In this document: in pieces, positions 37,098 to 48,264 of the stretch | Position numbering within the stretch: the stretch's first letter is position 1 | How the letters are laid out: every line of letters starts with the position of its first letter | Assembly (NCBI GenBank): GCA_037143195.1 | Contig: JBAWZD010000002.1 | Location: 140,620 to 204,619 of the forward strand | Direction: 5' to 3' | Length of the DNA: 64,000 nt | Source: a bacterium | Lineage (GTDB): Bacteria > Patescibacteriota > Minisyncoccia > Phycocordibacterales > UBA9973 | Made by a program: the position numbers and the translations under genes | Notes under the pieces: model-generated | The model's database searches: none | The model's input: only the letters and a program-made list of their open reading frames with translations | Told to the model about the DNA's origin: nothing

Positions 37098-39662
37098 ATG
37101 GCAATTGGAACCCACACAACACAAAGTACGAGTGATTTGTTTGCAGAAATGAAAACCCGTGAAGGCGGACTCACGTCCGCCGAAGCCACAAAGCGTCTTG
37201 CTGAAGTCGGCGCAAACGAACTCGAGGCGCACGCGGTCTCATGGTTTTCGATTTTGGTTCGTCAGGTGAAATCTCCGTTTGTCTATATTCTTGTGGCAAC
37301 TGCGATTCTCGCGCTCGCACTCGGGCAGGTCTCTGATGGAGTGATTGTTATTATATTCGTACTTGTGAATGTGTGCATTTCATTTTTTCAAGAATACCAC
37401 TCCGCTCGTTCACTCTTACTCCTGAAGCGTTTTATGAATCCGCACGCGCGAGTGATTCGTAACGGGGAAGAGGTTGTTGTAGATGCGGCCACCCTTGTGC
37501 CTGGGGATATCGTTGTTGTTGAGACGGGAGATATTATTGATGCCGACATTCGTCTCATTGATACGACAGGTCTCTCTATCAATGAGTCGGTGCTCTCTGG
37601 TGAATCAGCTCCTGCGACCAAAACAGGTGAGGCGCAAAAAACAGAGGCACTTGATATTGGTGGTGCCGTCAACATGGCATACTCGGGCACGACAGTCACG
37701 AGTGGACGTGGCGTTGGTGTTGTTGTCGCGACGGGTAAGAATACTGAAATCGGCGGAATCGCAACGTTGACTGTTGAGACGGAACACCTATCTGCGTTTG
37801 AATCGTCAATTCGAATGTTTGCTGAGTTCATTATGAAAATGGTCTCGGTGATTTTGATTATTCTCCTTGCCGTTAATCTCATCATCAAAGGGACACACAA
37901 TATAGTGGAGCTTTTGTTGTTTGCTGTAGCGCTCGCGATTTCGGTTATTCCGGAAGCCCTTCCGATGGTGACGACGCTGTCGCTCTCTCGTGGAGCGCTC
38001 AAACTCGCAAAGGAACACGTTGTGGTGAAGCGTCTTTCTGCAGTGGAAGACCTCGGAAGTATTGAAGTACTCTGTACTGACAAGACGGGAACGCTCACGG
38101 AAAATCATCTTTCGATTCAAACAATCAACGCCGTTGATCAATCTGAATGTCTCGGCTACGCGGCACTTGCTTCAAACGAAGTCATCACGAGTGACAAAGA
38201 ACCAGTCGATGCATTTGATCTTGCGGTGTATCAAAAGATGACTCGACCGGAACGTGAGGCACTCAAGATATATAGTCGCGTGTCGTCAATTCCGTTTGAT
38301 CCAAATCGTCGCCGTGTTTCAGTTGCTGTTAAACATGGAACAGAAAATACGACTGAGGTTGTCGTTCGTGGAGCGCCAGAGACAATCATGGCACTCACCA
38401 CGCTTACAAAAGAAGAAGCCGATACTGTCGCACAATGGGTGAGTGCTGAAGGCAAAGCCGGACGACGCACGCTCGCTGTCGCTCGCGGTGTTTGTACTCA
38501 CCCAAAAGCCTGCGACAAAGATGAGAAAAAACTCACCTATGTTGGATGTATTTCGTTTGTTGATCCGGTAAAGACAACGACGAAAACTGCAATCACTGAA
38601 GCAGAAAATCTTGGAGTATCGATTGTTATTTTGACGGGCGACGGCGCCGACGTAGCCGGCGCCGTCGCCCGCGAAGTAGGTATTGTCGATGACGCATCAA
38701 AAGTGATTACGGAAGCACAATTTCTCGCGCTCTCACCTGTAGAACAAGTCGACGCCGTCCATGAATATCATGTGTTCGCACGCATGTCACCCGCAGGGAA
38801 GTATCGCGTGATTGAAATTTTGTCGAAAGACAAATCAGTTGGGTATCTTGGAGATGGTATCAACGACGCACCTGCGCTCAAGATAGCCTCTGTTGGGCTC
38901 GTGGTCTCAAATGCATCCGACATTGCACGCGACGCAGCTGATGTCGTGCTCTTGAATCGCTCACTCCACGTCATTATCGGTGGAATCAAAAGTGGTCGTG
39001 CGGTATTTGAGAATACGGTGAAATATTTGAAGACCACACTCATCTCAAGTTTTGGAAATTTTTATACGATTGCAATAGCCCAATTGATATTGCCGTATCT
39101 TCCGATGCTTCCGATTCAAATATTGCTCTTGAACTTACTCACTGACTATCCAATGCTTGCCATTGCGACCGATGCGGTGGATCCGCGTGATATCAAGCGA
39201 CCTCGTAGATATAATGTCAAAGAAATTGTACTGATTTCAATTGTGCTTGGACTTGTCTCAACGCTGTTTGATTTTATTTTCTTTGCAACGTTTTATCACT
39301 CGACTGCTGGTGCGCTTGAAACAAATTGGTTTATTGGAAGTGTTTTGACTGAATTAGTGCTTCTCTTTGCGATACGTACTCGTCAACCATTTTGGAAAGC
39401 AAAGCGTCCATCAAAGTGGCTCTTGTGGCTTACTGCTACAGCTGCAACGCTTGCGATTGGATTACCGTTTACATCGTTTGGAAAAAACTTCTTTAAATTC
39501 CTAAGTCCAACATGGGCACACATTACAATCATTGTGTTGATCGTCGGTTTGTATTTTGTGACGAGTGAAGCGTTGAAGCTTGCGTATTATCGCTTTTGGA
39601 ATCACAATGAGGAGGACAGCATCGCGCCACATGCAAACAAGAATTCAAAAAAACATGCATAA
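37098..39662 (+). CDS. P-type cation-transporting ATPase (MgtA-like)
   Basis: SGES, PEALP, DKTGTLT, TGD, GDGINDAPAL. Confidence 0.93.
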   Translation: MAIGTHTTQSTSDLFAEMKTREGGLTSAEATKRLAEVGANELEAHAVSWFSILVRQVKSPFVYILVATAILALALGQVSDGVIVIIFVLVNVCISFFQEYHSARSLLLLKRFMNPHARVIRNGEEVVVDAATLVPGDIVVVETGDIIDADIRLIDTTGLSINESVLSGESAPATKTGEAQKTEALDIGGAVNMAYSGTTVTSGRGVGVVVATGKNTEIGGIATLTVETEHLSAFESSIRMFAEFIMKMVSVILIILLAVNLIIKGTHNIVELLLFAVALAISVIPEALPMVTTLSLSRGALKLAKEHVVVKRLSAVEDLGSIEVLCTDKTGTLTENHLSIQTINAVDQSECLGYAALASNEVITSDKEPVDAFDLAVYQKMTRPEREALKIYSRVSSIPFDPNRRRVSVAVKHGTENTTEVVVRGAPETIMALTTLTKEEADTVAQWVSAEGKAGRRTLAVARGVCTHPKACDKDEKKLTYVGCISFVDPVKTTTKTAITEAENLGVSIVILTGDGADVAGAVAREVGIVDDASKVITEAQFLALSPVEQVDAVHEYHVFARMSPAGKYRVIEILSKDKSVGYLGDGINDAPALKIASVGLVVSNASDIARDAADVVLLNRSLHVIIGGIKSGRAVFENTVKYLKTTLISSFGNFYTIAIAQLILPYLPMLPIQILLLNLLTDYPMLAIATDAVDPRDIKRPRRYNVKEIVLISIVLGLVSTLFDFIFFATFYHSTAGALETNWFIGSVLTELVLLFAIRTRQPFWKAKRPSKWLLWLTATAATLAIGLPFTSFGKNFFKFLSPTWAHITIIVLIVGLYFVTSEALKLAYYRFWNHNEEDSIAPHANKNSKKHA

Positions 39663-40728
39663 CATACGCATTTTCCCCGCAGTCATTTTTTTGATGATAT
39701 TTTTTGCGTTTACAGCAACGCCAGTCTTTGCTGATACCTCTACTCCCGTCACACCGCGTGCACTTTTGTATGTCACGGCGACGAAGAGTGGGATTGATTC
39801 GTTGCGCACGCATGTTGCAGCGACGGACATTGTCGCTCCACAAACATATGCGGCAACAAAGACGGGGAAGCTCCTTGGGGTTCCAAATCAAACAATTCTT
39901 ACAATTGCGAAGGACGCTAATGCCCAAGTCATGCCACTTGTAGTCAACCAGTATTTCAGTCAAAAAGATGTGCATGAATTTTTGCAAAACGATGCCGCTG
40001 AAAACAAATTGATTATCGATCTTATCGCCGAAGCAAAACTGCGGGGATATATCGGGTTTCAATATGATTTTGAACATATGATGGCGAGCGACAGAGATTT
40101 GTATTCTGCTTTCGTTGCAAAAAGTGCGCCCTATTTCCATGCTGCAGGACTCCAATTGTCTGTTGCGCTTGCACCACGACACTCTGACTCAGTCGCCGAC
40201 TACGGTGATGGTTCATATGAAAATTGGACTGGCGCATTTGATTACACGGCGATCGGGAGAGCCGTTGATTTCGTTTCTGTCATGGCGTACGACGATTCAC
40301 GTTCTGTTGGTCCGACCGCAGCGCTCCCATGGGTGAAGCAGGTGGTTGATTATACACTCGCACGAATTCCTGCGGACAAAGTTTCGCTCGGCGTTGCGTT
40401 TTATACATGGGTCGACCGAGTCAAAACAGGGAAGCTTGACCATATCGTGACATACAATTCGGTGGCGAAATTGCTTTCAAGCGGGGCGTATCAAACCAAA
40501 GGCTGGTCCGACGATCTCGGCGTCTCATACGTGACATACGTCAAAAAGCATCGACAATACATTGCGTGGTATGAAGACCAGCGGAGTTTTCAAACAAAGC
40601 TCGCCCTTGTGACCGACAAGAACCTTCGCGGATTTTCGGCGTGGGCCCTTGGTCAGGAAGATAGTCGAGTGTGGAGTGACATTGTTGCCATGCGTGCTCG
40701 TTCTGATGGGCTAGCTTTTTTACAGTAG
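39655..40728 (+). CDS. Secreted glycoside hydrolase family 18
   Basis: Signal peptide, GFQYDFE, VMAYD, GFSAWALGQED. Confidence 0.85.
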   Translation: MHNIRIFPAVIFLMIFFAFTATPVFADTSTPVTPRALLYVTATKSGIDSLRTHVAATDIVAPQTYAATKTGKLLGVPNQTILTIAKDANAQVMPLVVNQYFSQKDVHEFLQNDAAENKLIIDLIAEAKLRGYIGFQYDFEHMMASDRDLYSAFVAKSAPYFHAAGLQLSVALAPRHSDSVADYGDGSYENWTGAFDYTAIGRAVDFVSVMAYDDSRSVGPTAALPWVKQVVDYTLARIPADKVSLGVAFYTWVDRVKTGKLDHIVTYNSVAKLLSSGAYQTKGWSDDLGVSYVTYVKKHRQYIAWYEDQRSFQTKLALVTDKNLRGFSAWALGQEDSRVWSDIVAMRARSDGLAFLQ

Positions 40729-40759
40729 GGAGCTATACTGTCTCTACATACCATAATTC

Positions 40760-41890
40760 ATGAACCTGTTTACAAAAATCATGGCCGAATTCAACCTAAA
40801 CGCTTTGCGTGGAACACCTTCAGTCGAGATTGCCGTTGGCGTCGATATTGGTACTTCGAGTATCAAACTCGTTGAACTCAAAAAAAAGAATGGTCGCGCA
40901 GTGCTTGGGACGTATAGCACGCTGGCGCTTGGTCCGTATGCGAATCTTGACGTTGGTGCAACGACCAACCTTTCTTCTGATATCCTCGCGAAGGCGATTG
41001 GAGATGCACTCAAAGAAGGTTCAATCAGTACTCGAGATGCGGCACTTTCGATCCCATCCTCGGCTTCACTCGTATTTTTGCTTGATCTTCCTGCTGCGAT
41101 TACTGAACGAGAACTTCCGAGTATTGTTCCAACAGAGGCACGTAAATTTATTCCGGTGCCAATTTCCGAAGTAACTCTTGATTATTGGGTTATTCCACAT
41201 CGTCAAGAAGGTTTTTACGAAGATGAGCGCAGTAAATCGGAGGTTGTGCCATCAAAGACCGAGGTGTTGACTGCTGCCATTCATAACGACACGCTTTCGA
41301 AGTACCGTGACCTTACAAAAATTGCTGGGTTGAATTGTGATGTATTTGAGATCGAAGTTTTTTCTTCAATTCGTTCCACATTTGCGCACGAGCTTTCTGC
41401 GGTCCTTCTCGTTGACTTCGGTGCGTCCAAGACCAAGCTCGCCGTTGTCGAATACGGTATCGTGCGAAGTTTTCATATCATCAACAAAGGTTCATTCGAC
41501 ATTACTTCAAACATAGCCAACTCACTCGCCGTATCCTTCGCAAAGGCAGAGGATATGAAGCGTGATATTGGTATCGTTGGAAATGGCAACAATCGTGCGG
41601 CATCTGATGTCGCCAAACTTGTCGTTGATTATATTTTGTCTGAAACACAAACAGTGATTCAAGCTTTTGAACGCAAATACGAGAAACCAATTTCAAAAGT
41701 CATTCTTACCGGTGCGGGGTCGCTTCTCCCTGGGTTCCGTGAACACGCGGTCGATGTATTTCGTACTGAAGTTGTGTATGGTAATCCGTTCGACAAAGCT
41801 GAAGTTCCAGAGTTCGTAGCCAAAGTTCTTGCAGAAACGGGGCCAGAGTTTGCGGTTGCGCTCGGTCTCGCACTTCGAAAGCTTGGATAA
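40760..41890 (+). CDS. pilM: Type IV pilus assembly protein PilM
   Basis: GVDIGTSSIKLVEL, VDFGASKT, ILTGAGS, FAVALGLALR. Confidence 0.92.
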   Translation: MNLFTKIMAEFNLNALRGTPSVEIAVGVDIGTSSIKLVELKKKNGRAVLGTYSTLALGPYANLDVGATTNLSSDILAKAIGDALKEGSISTRDAALSIPSSASLVFLLDLPAAITERELPSIVPTEARKFIPVPISEVTLDYWVIPHRQEGFYEDERSKSEVVPSKTEVLTAAIHNDTLSKYRDLTKIAGLNCDVFEIEVFSSIRSTFAHELSAVLLVDFGASKTKLAVVEYGIVRSFHIINKGSFDITSNIANSLAVSFAKAEDMKRDIGIVGNGNNRAASDVAKLVVDYILSETQTVIQAFERKYEKPISKVILTGAGSLLPGFREHAVDVFRTEVVYGNPFDKAEVPEFVAKVLAETGPEFAVALGLALRKLG

Positions 41891-42916
41891 ATGCAAAACA
41901 TCGACTTTTCATTCGCTCAAGATCCGAACACACTTTCACTTGCACTGATTGCGGGTGTTATTCCTGCACTCATTTGGATTTTTTTCTGGATTCGAGAAAC
42001 ACGAGAACGTCCGCGCACTTTTGGTTCATTCTTTTTTGCGTTTCTCGGTGGAGTGTTTATGGTGGTGATGGCACTGCCTGTCGAAAAATTCATGCTTGGA
42101 TTTTCAAATGATCCGAACACTCTCACGGTGTTGTGGGCGGGGAGTGAAGAAGTGTTGAAGTTTCTCGCGTTCCTCCTTGTGCTCTTCATGTCTTCGTCTA
42201 TCGAATCGCCGATTGATTACCCAGTGTACATGATGATTGTCGCGCTCGGATTTTCTGGATTTGAAAATTCATTGTATTTTCTGCAACCACTACAATCGGG
42301 GACAACGACGATTCTTATTCTCGCCGGCTCGATGCGTTTTCTTGGAACAACACTCATGCACGCAGTAGTCAGTTGTCTGCCAGGAATTGCGCTTGGGTTC
42401 GCCTATTTCAAAAATCGCACGACAAAATGTATTTCTGCGATCGTCGGACTTTCGCTCGCAATTACGGGACATAGTTTGTTCAATCTTTTTATTACCGAAA
42501 AACCAGACATCACTTTTTTTACGATTCTCGCCTGTGTCTGGTTCCTCACCATCGTTATTATGATTTTGTTTGAGCGACTTCGTGCAAATGGGAGTGCTGA
42601 AAATTTACAGAGACGCAAAAATATGGCGATTGCCACACTCGAGCGTGCATTTTCTGATTTGCTCGTGAGTACAGATATGCATGAGACTGATACTGAAGCG
42701 ATACTTGCAGGTCTTACCAAAAAGGGCGTTGCGCCCGACGCACCACTCCATGGAGAATTAGACTATTTGCTCCAGTCACTGAGAGAAGCCTATAGTATTT
42801 ATCTTGTGAACCAAGGTGCGAAGAAAGATGACGCTATTCGAGCGACACGATCTTTGATTTCCGACACCGTTTCTCCTCGCGCAATCGCAGGAATTATTTC
42901 TGTTTTAAAAAAATAG
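41891..42916 (+). CDS. PrsW-family intramembrane metalloprotease with a C-terminal extension
   Basis: EEVLK, GFSGFEN, MHA, HSLFN. Confidence 0.85.
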   Translation: MQNIDFSFAQDPNTLSLALIAGVIPALIWIFFWIRETRERPRTFGSFFFAFLGGVFMVVMALPVEKFMLGFSNDPNTLTVLWAGSEEVLKFLAFLLVLFMSSSIESPIDYPVYMMIVALGFSGFENSLYFLQPLQSGTTTILILAGSMRFLGTTLMHAVVSCLPGIALGFAYFKNRTTKCISAIVGLSLAITGHSLFNLFITEKPDITFFTILACVWFLTIVIMILFERLRANGSAENLQRRKNMAIATLERAFSDLLVSTDMHETDTEAILAGLTKKGVAPDAPLHGELDYLLQSLREAYSIYLVNQGAKKDDAIRATRSLISDTVSPRAIAGIISVLKK

Positions 42917-42986
42917 GACATCCACAGCCTTTTGCTCTATACACCTTGCGTCGGTTGTACTACAATAGGGACAGTGCATAGCTTGT

Positions 42987-43730
42987 ATGGATAACACAAA
43001 CGCTAGCTTTCAAACATCATTCATTCCAAAGAAGCCACTTGCTGAAGAGCGAGTGGTTGCTCCGCGTCATACTTCGATATTTTCATTTCTCGCAACGCTC
43101 ATTTTCTTTGGTTCACTTGCGTCTGCCGGAGCAATTTATTTCTACCAAGCAAATTTGTTGAAGACGAATGCAGACAAGAGCGCGCAGATTACCGCAGCGC
43201 GAAATTCGTTTCAACCAACACTCATCAAAACACTTGAGAAGCTTGATCGTCGTATTACTGATGCCAAGTCGCTGCTCGGAAATCATATTATGGTTTCACC
43301 AGTGTTCGAAGCGCTTCAAGTGAACACACTCAAGAGTATCCAGTTTACAAAATTCTCATACACAACACCGGTTGATCCATCCGCACCAATCACCATTCAC
43401 ATGAGCGGTAAGGCGCGTGATTATGGTTCGATCGCACTTCAGTCAGACCAGCTTGCAAAGAATGTAAATATTCACAACTCACTTTTCTCAAACCTCGCAC
43501 TCGATGCTCAGACGGGAACAGTGTCCTTTGATCTTGAGTTTACTGTTGATGCGGATCTTGTTCGTTTCAAAAATCATTTGGATGATTTTTCTGTACAACA
43601 ACCAAGTGGTACTATAGATACGACAGGGCAGACAGCACAGCCTGTACCGGCGCAAGCTACGAGCGTAAATCCTACAACTGTCTTCCCGCCATCTGGTTCG
43701 ACGAGTAATTCTGTTCCTGCAACACAATAA
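42987..43730 (+). CDS. PilN-like protein
   Basis: SFIPK N-terminus, single TM helix, position in the cluster. Confidence 0.7.
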   Translation: MDNTNASFQTSFIPKKPLAEERVVAPRHTSIFSFLATLIFFGSLASAGAIYFYQANLLKTNADKSAQITAARNSFQPTLIKTLEKLDRRITDAKSLLGNHIMVSPVFEALQVNTLKSIQFTKFSYTTPVDPSAPITIHMSGKARDYGSIALQSDQLAKNVNIHNSLFSNLALDAQTGTVSFDLEFTVDADLVRFKNHLDDFSVQQPSGTIDTTGQTAQPVPAQATSVNPTTVFPPSGSTSNSVPATQ

Positions 43731-43735
43731 CCTAT

Positions 43736-44311
43736 ATGAGATTCATTCTTCCAATTATTTTGCTTGCACTTTCTCTCGGATTATTTTTCGAGTATACGAA
43801 CCCCGCGTATCAGTCGCTTTCTGCGCAGCGAGCGCTCGCAACGAAATATGACACTGCGCTTACGAATGCACGCAAGCTTACCGAAGAGCGTGATGTACTC
43901 AACCAAAAGTACCGCGCACTTTCAGAAGACTCACTCGCGAGACTCTCGAAATTGTTGCCTGACAATGCGGACAATATTCGTCTCATTATTGATATCCAGC
44001 AAATGGCACAGAGTTACGGTATGTCGTTGAACTCAATCAAATTTGATTCAGCAAACGGTGCATCTGCAACTCCGAGTCAACTTTCAGCTGTTACGACACT
44101 TGATGCGACACAGGCATCGAAGGATTACGGTATTTTCAATCTTCAGTTTACGACAACAGCAACGTACGCGAATTTCCAGAGTTTTCTCAAAGACGTAGAA
44201 TCAAGTTTGCGTCTTACCGATATTCAGTCGATTGATTTTGCTGCTGCAGATCCAGCGAAGGGGACAACAATATTTACCGTGAAGTTGCGCACCTATTGGC
44301 TCAAAGGATAA
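43736..44311 (+). CDS. PilO-like protein
   Basis: TM helix, coiled coil, KLLPD, YANFQSFLKDVESSLRL. Confidence 0.8.
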   Translation: MRFILPIILLALSLGLFFEYTNPAYQSLSAQRALATKYDTALTNARKLTEERDVLNQKYRALSEDSLARLSKLLPDNADNIRLIIDIQQMAQSYGMSLNSIKFDSANGASATPSQLSAVTTLDATQASKDYGIFNLQFTTTATYANFQSFLKDVESSLRLTDIQSIDFAAADPAKGTTIFTVKLRTYWLKG

Positions 44312-44315
44312 TTCT

Positions 44316-44978
44316 ATGAAATCTATTATTCGGAACATCATCATTATCGCAGTCGTACTCATTCTTGGCGTTATTGGCTACAAGATGTTCTTTGGAAGTA
44401 CGACGAGTACTCCGAAGGCCAGTCTGCAAACGACTGCTGGGGTAGGAGCTGGTACGTCGGCTCTACCTCAAATCGCAGCGACGACTCCGGCCTCGGCGGC
44501 AGATGCTGGCACGATTGGGACAGACTTTTTGAATACGCTCCTCTCAATCGAATCCATCTCACTTGATGATTCTCTCTTTACAAGTAAAGAATTCACTGTA
44601 CTTCAAGATTTCAATCGTCCAATTCCACCTGATCAGAATCCAGGCCGTTTGAATCCGTTTGCTCCAATCGGTGCAGATGGTGTTGTTTCGACTGTTCAGG
44701 TTTCAACGAGTAGCCCCTCCTCGGTCACTGGTACATCGGCGACATTGAACGGCACACTCCTTGTTGGAGATGCGACAACAACACGATGGTTTGAATATGG
44801 AACAACGAGCTCACTCGGTTTCATGACAACACCAAAACCTCAGACGACGCAAGGTGCCTTTACGGAAGTAGTTACAAAGCTCCTTCCAAATACAACGTAC
44901 TATGTGCGAGCAGATGCATTGATAGGAGGTGCGACTGTGCTTGGAAATGTGTTGACGTGGAAGACGGCCCAGAAGTAA
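44316..44978 (+). CDS. Pilus-cluster membrane protein with an FN3 tail (PilP position)
   Basis: TM helix, GRLNPFAP, LLPNTTYYVR. Confidence 0.7.
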   Translation: MKSIIRNIIIIAVVLILGVIGYKMFFGSTTSTPKASLQTTAGVGAGTSALPQIAATTPASAADAGTIGTDFLNTLLSIESISLDDSLFTSKEFTVLQDFNRPIPPDQNPGRLNPFAPIGADGVVSTVQVSTSSPSSVTGTSATLNGTLLVGDATTTRWFEYGTTSSLGFMTTPKPQTTQGAFTEVVTKLLPNTTYYVRADALIGGATVLGNVLTWKTAQK

Positions 44979-44999
44979 CGCGTACGAATCAAACATACA

Positions 45000-46730
45000 A
45001 TGACATTCATTGAGGAATTAGTACAACGAGGACTTGTCGCCCAAGATCAAGTAGGGGATATTTTACGTGTCGCAAGTGAGAAATACGGTGGCAACCTCGA
45101 AGAATCAATCATTGCACACGGTGTTCCAGAAAACACGCTCCTCGCAGAAAAAAGTTCGTATTACAATTTGCCATCTCGTCCTATCGATCCAAAAACGGTT
45201 CGCGGAGATATTCTCAAATATATTCCAGAAGATGCTGCGCAACACTATCACTTTGTACCACTTGGTATCGAGGCTGGAGCGTTGCTTGTAGGAATTACTA
45301 ACCCCGAGGAGACTCAGGCAGGTGATGCTCTTCAGTTTATTACTGACGGGCACGGCGGAATGCCGTACAAATTGTTTGTTATTTCCGAACGCGTGTTCAA
45401 AGCTATTTTGCAAAACTATAGTGGCATGAGTGGTCAGGTCGACAAGGCACTGACTGATTATGGGAATGAGTCAGGGCAAAATACTGATATCACGATCGAT
45501 GATCCTCGCACGGCCCAAGAAAAATTGAAGCCAGGAGAAGAAGAAAAAATTGTCGAGGAGGCGCCAATCATTAAAATCGTTGCCGTGATTCTCAACAATG
45601 CAGTTGAAGGAAATGCCTCTGACATTCATATTGAAAACACTGGAGAAAAAGTGAAGGTCCGATTTCGTGTGGACGGCATTTTGCATACATCACTTGTGCT
45701 TCCGATGACAGTCTATGCCGGTGTGGTTGCCCGTATCAAAATCTTGTCCAAACTTCGTCTCGACGAAAAGCGCAAACCACAAGATGGGGGATTCTCTGCT
45801 ACGATCAATGCTCGAAAGATTGATTTTCGTGTTTCAACATTGCCTTCGTACTACGGAGAAAAAGTTGTGCTTCGTATTCTCGATACCGAGAAGGGCGTAA
45901 AGGCGCTCGATACAATCGGCCTTTCTGCTGAACATATGGCAATGATTCGCGACGCACTCGCTCGACCATACGGATTGATTTTGGTTACCGGTCCGACAGG
46001 GTCTGGAAAATCTACGACCATTTATTCGATTTTGAATGAGCTTGATAAAGAAAAGTACAATATTGTGTCGCTCGAAGATCCGGTGGAATATCACATTCCT
46101 GATGTAAACCAGTCACAGGTCATGCCTGAGATCGGCTATACCTTTGCGTCCGGACTCCGCTCTATTCTTCGTCAGGACCCAGATGTCATCATGGTGGGAG
46201 AAATTCGTGATGCCGAGACTGCTCAGCTCGCTATTCAAGCTGCGCTCACTGGACACATCGTGCTTTCAACACTTCACACGAATAATGCGATTGGTATCGT
46301 TCCTCGCTTGATTGATATGGGTATTGATCCGTATTTGATTGCTCCAACGCTCACGCTTGCGATCGCGCAACGCCTCGTGCGTATGACGTGTGTGTCGAGC
46401 CGCCATCAGGCAGAGAATCAAGAGAGTCTCAAGGAAATGGCTACCAAGCAGTTTGCCGACTTACCTGATGAGTTCAAGTCGAAGCTTCCAAACGGAATGT
46501 TTACTGATGCGATACCCTCTGCTGAGTGTCCAGGGGGGACTCGCGGTCGCTTGGCTGTCTTTGAAATGTACCAAAACGACAAGGATCTCCAGGCCCTTAT
46601 TTTGAAGAAACCGGTTGAAACCGATATCTATCAGCTTGTTCGAGGCAAGGGATACCTCACGATGCGCGAAGATGCAATTCTTAAGTGTATTGATGGGAAA
46701 ATTCCGTTCCAAGAGATTTACAATGTCTAA
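45000..46730 (+). CDS. pilB: Type IV pilus extension ATPase PilB/GspE
   Basis: ASDIHIE, GPTGSGKST, LRQDPDVIMVGEIRD, TGHIVLSTLHTN. Confidence 0.93.
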   Translation: MTFIEELVQRGLVAQDQVGDILRVASEKYGGNLEESIIAHGVPENTLLAEKSSYYNLPSRPIDPKTVRGDILKYIPEDAAQHYHFVPLGIEAGALLVGITNPEETQAGDALQFITDGHGGMPYKLFVISERVFKAILQNYSGMSGQVDKALTDYGNESGQNTDITIDDPRTAQEKLKPGEEEKIVEEAPIIKIVAVILNNAVEGNASDIHIENTGEKVKVRFRVDGILHTSLVLPMTVYAGVVARIKILSKLRLDEKRKPQDGGFSATINARKIDFRVSTLPSYYGEKVVLRILDTEKGVKALDTIGLSAEHMAMIRDALARPYGLILVTGPTGSGKSTTIYSILNELDKEKYNIVSLEDPVEYHIPDVNQSQVMPEIGYTFASGLRSILRQDPDVIMVGEIRDAETAQLAIQAALTGHIVLSTLHTNNAIGIVPRLIDMGIDPYLIAPTLTLAIAQRLVRMTCVSSRHQAENQESLKEMATKQFADLPDEFKSKLPNGMFTDAIPSAECPGGTRGRLAVFEMYQNDKDLQALILKKPVETDIYQLVRGKGYLTMREDAILKCIDGKIPFQEIYNV

Positions 46731-46794
46731 AGCTTTCCACTCTATGCAACGCGGTTGTGCTATACTATAATGGTCACAGACAACGAATAATAGT

Positions 46795-47187
46795 ATGCCA
46801 AATAAAAAAATCTTCATCGTAGACGACGACAGCTTTCTCCTCGACATGTATGCACTCAAATTCTCGCAATCGGGATATGATGTGACGACAGCGCTTGGGG
46901 CTCTTCCCGCACTTGAAAAACTTCGCGGGGGAACATACGTTCCTGACATTATCCTGCTCGACATCGTCATGCCAGTCGTCGATGGATTTGAATTTCTTGA
47001 GAAAATGCGTGCCGAAAGTCTCGCCCTTGGTGCAATCCGAATCGTCCTTTCAAATCGTGGACAAGAAGCAGACATCGCTCGAGGCAAAGAGCTCGGTGCT
47101 GCAGGATATATCGTGAAGGCCTCGACAACTCCAGCCGAAGTTATTACTCAGGTTGCAGACATTATTTCAAAGATTGAGAAAAAATAA
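46795..47187 (+). CDS. Single-domain response regulator
   Basis: IVDDD, LLDIVMP, GYIVK. Confidence 0.92.
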   Translation: MPNKKIFIVDDDSFLLDMYALKFSQSGYDVTTALGALPALEKLRGGTYVPDIILLDIVMPVVDGFEFLEKMRAESLALGAIRIVLSNRGQEADIARGKELGAAGYIVKASTTPAEVITQVADIISKIEKK

Positions 47188-47192
47188 TCACT

Positions 47193-48251
47193 ATGGATCC
47201 ACGAGCACTGATTGAGTCACTTGTTGATACCGTTATCAAAGAAGGAGGTTCAGACCTTCACATTTCAGCTGGTCGTATCCCGTCAATCCGTGTTTCTACT
47301 CAACTCATTCAGCTAGTGAATCAGCCTGCGCTCACTCAAGAAAACATGCTTGGTATTCTTGGAGCGATTCTCGACAAGACAAAGTACGAACGATTTCTCG
47401 CAACACAAGAAGTCGACTTTTCATACGACCACAAAGGCCAAGCGCGACTTCGTGGAAATGCGTTTTATCACAAGAGCTCGGTTTCTATCGCACTTCGACT
47501 CATTCCACAAGTACGCACACTCCCTGAATTGAAACTTCCAGAATCGCTCAAAGAATTCGCACGCAAAAAACAGGGATTCTTCTTGGTGGTGGGTCCGGTC
47601 GGACAAGGGAAGAGTACGACATTGTCTGCGATGGTTGATTTTATCAACAGCGAGCGTGCCGAGCATATTCTCACGATTGAAGACCCGATTGAATATGTGT
47701 TTGAAGAAAAGCATTCAATCATCGATCAGCGCGAAGTTGGTATTGATACCAAAGATTTTCCAACAGGACTCCGTTCTATATTCCGTGAAGACGTCAACGT
47801 CATCATGATCGGAGAAATGCGCTCACCTGAGACGATCGCAACAGCAGTTACAGCCGCTGAGACCGGACACCTTGTGCTCTCAACACTCCACACCAACAAT
47901 GCAGCCCAGACAATCGACCGCATTATCGATAGTTTTCCTGGAGATCAACAGGATCAGATTCGTTCACAGCTCGCAGAAAGTTTGCTTGGAATTTTTTCTC
48001 AGCGTTTGATTCCTCGCATTACCGGAGGACTTGTCCCAGCGTATGAATTGCTCCTCAACAACAACGCCGTTGCAAACCTTATCCGTGAAAAGCGCACCCA
48101 TGAGATTGACGTCGTTATTGAGACGGGAACAGAACACGGCATGGTAGATATGAATCGCAGTTTGCTCGAACTCGTTCGCGCCGGTGAAATCACGATGGAA
48201 AGTGCATACTTGTATTCAATGAATCCAAAAGCACTTGAGCGCATTCTCTAA
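47193..48251 (+). CDS. pilT: Type IV pilus retraction ATPase PilT
   Basis: GSDLHI, GPVGQGKSTT, AAETGHLVLSTLHTN, NLIRE. Confidence 0.94.
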   Translation: MDPRALIESLVDTVIKEGGSDLHISAGRIPSIRVSTQLIQLVNQPALTQENMLGILGAILDKTKYERFLATQEVDFSYDHKGQARLRGNAFYHKSSVSIALRLIPQVRTLPELKLPESLKEFARKKQGFFLVVGPVGQGKSTTLSAMVDFINSERAEHILTIEDPIEYVFEEKHSIIDQREVGIDTKDFPTGLRSIFREDVNVIMIGEMRSPETIATAVTAAETGHLVLSTLHTNNAAQTIDRIIDSFPGDQQDQIRSQLAESLLGIFSQRLIPRITGGLVPAYELLLNNNAVANLIREKRTHEIDVVIETGTEHGMVDMNRSLLELVRAGEITMESAYLYSMNPKALERIL

Positions 48252-48264
48252 TTTTTGAGTACCT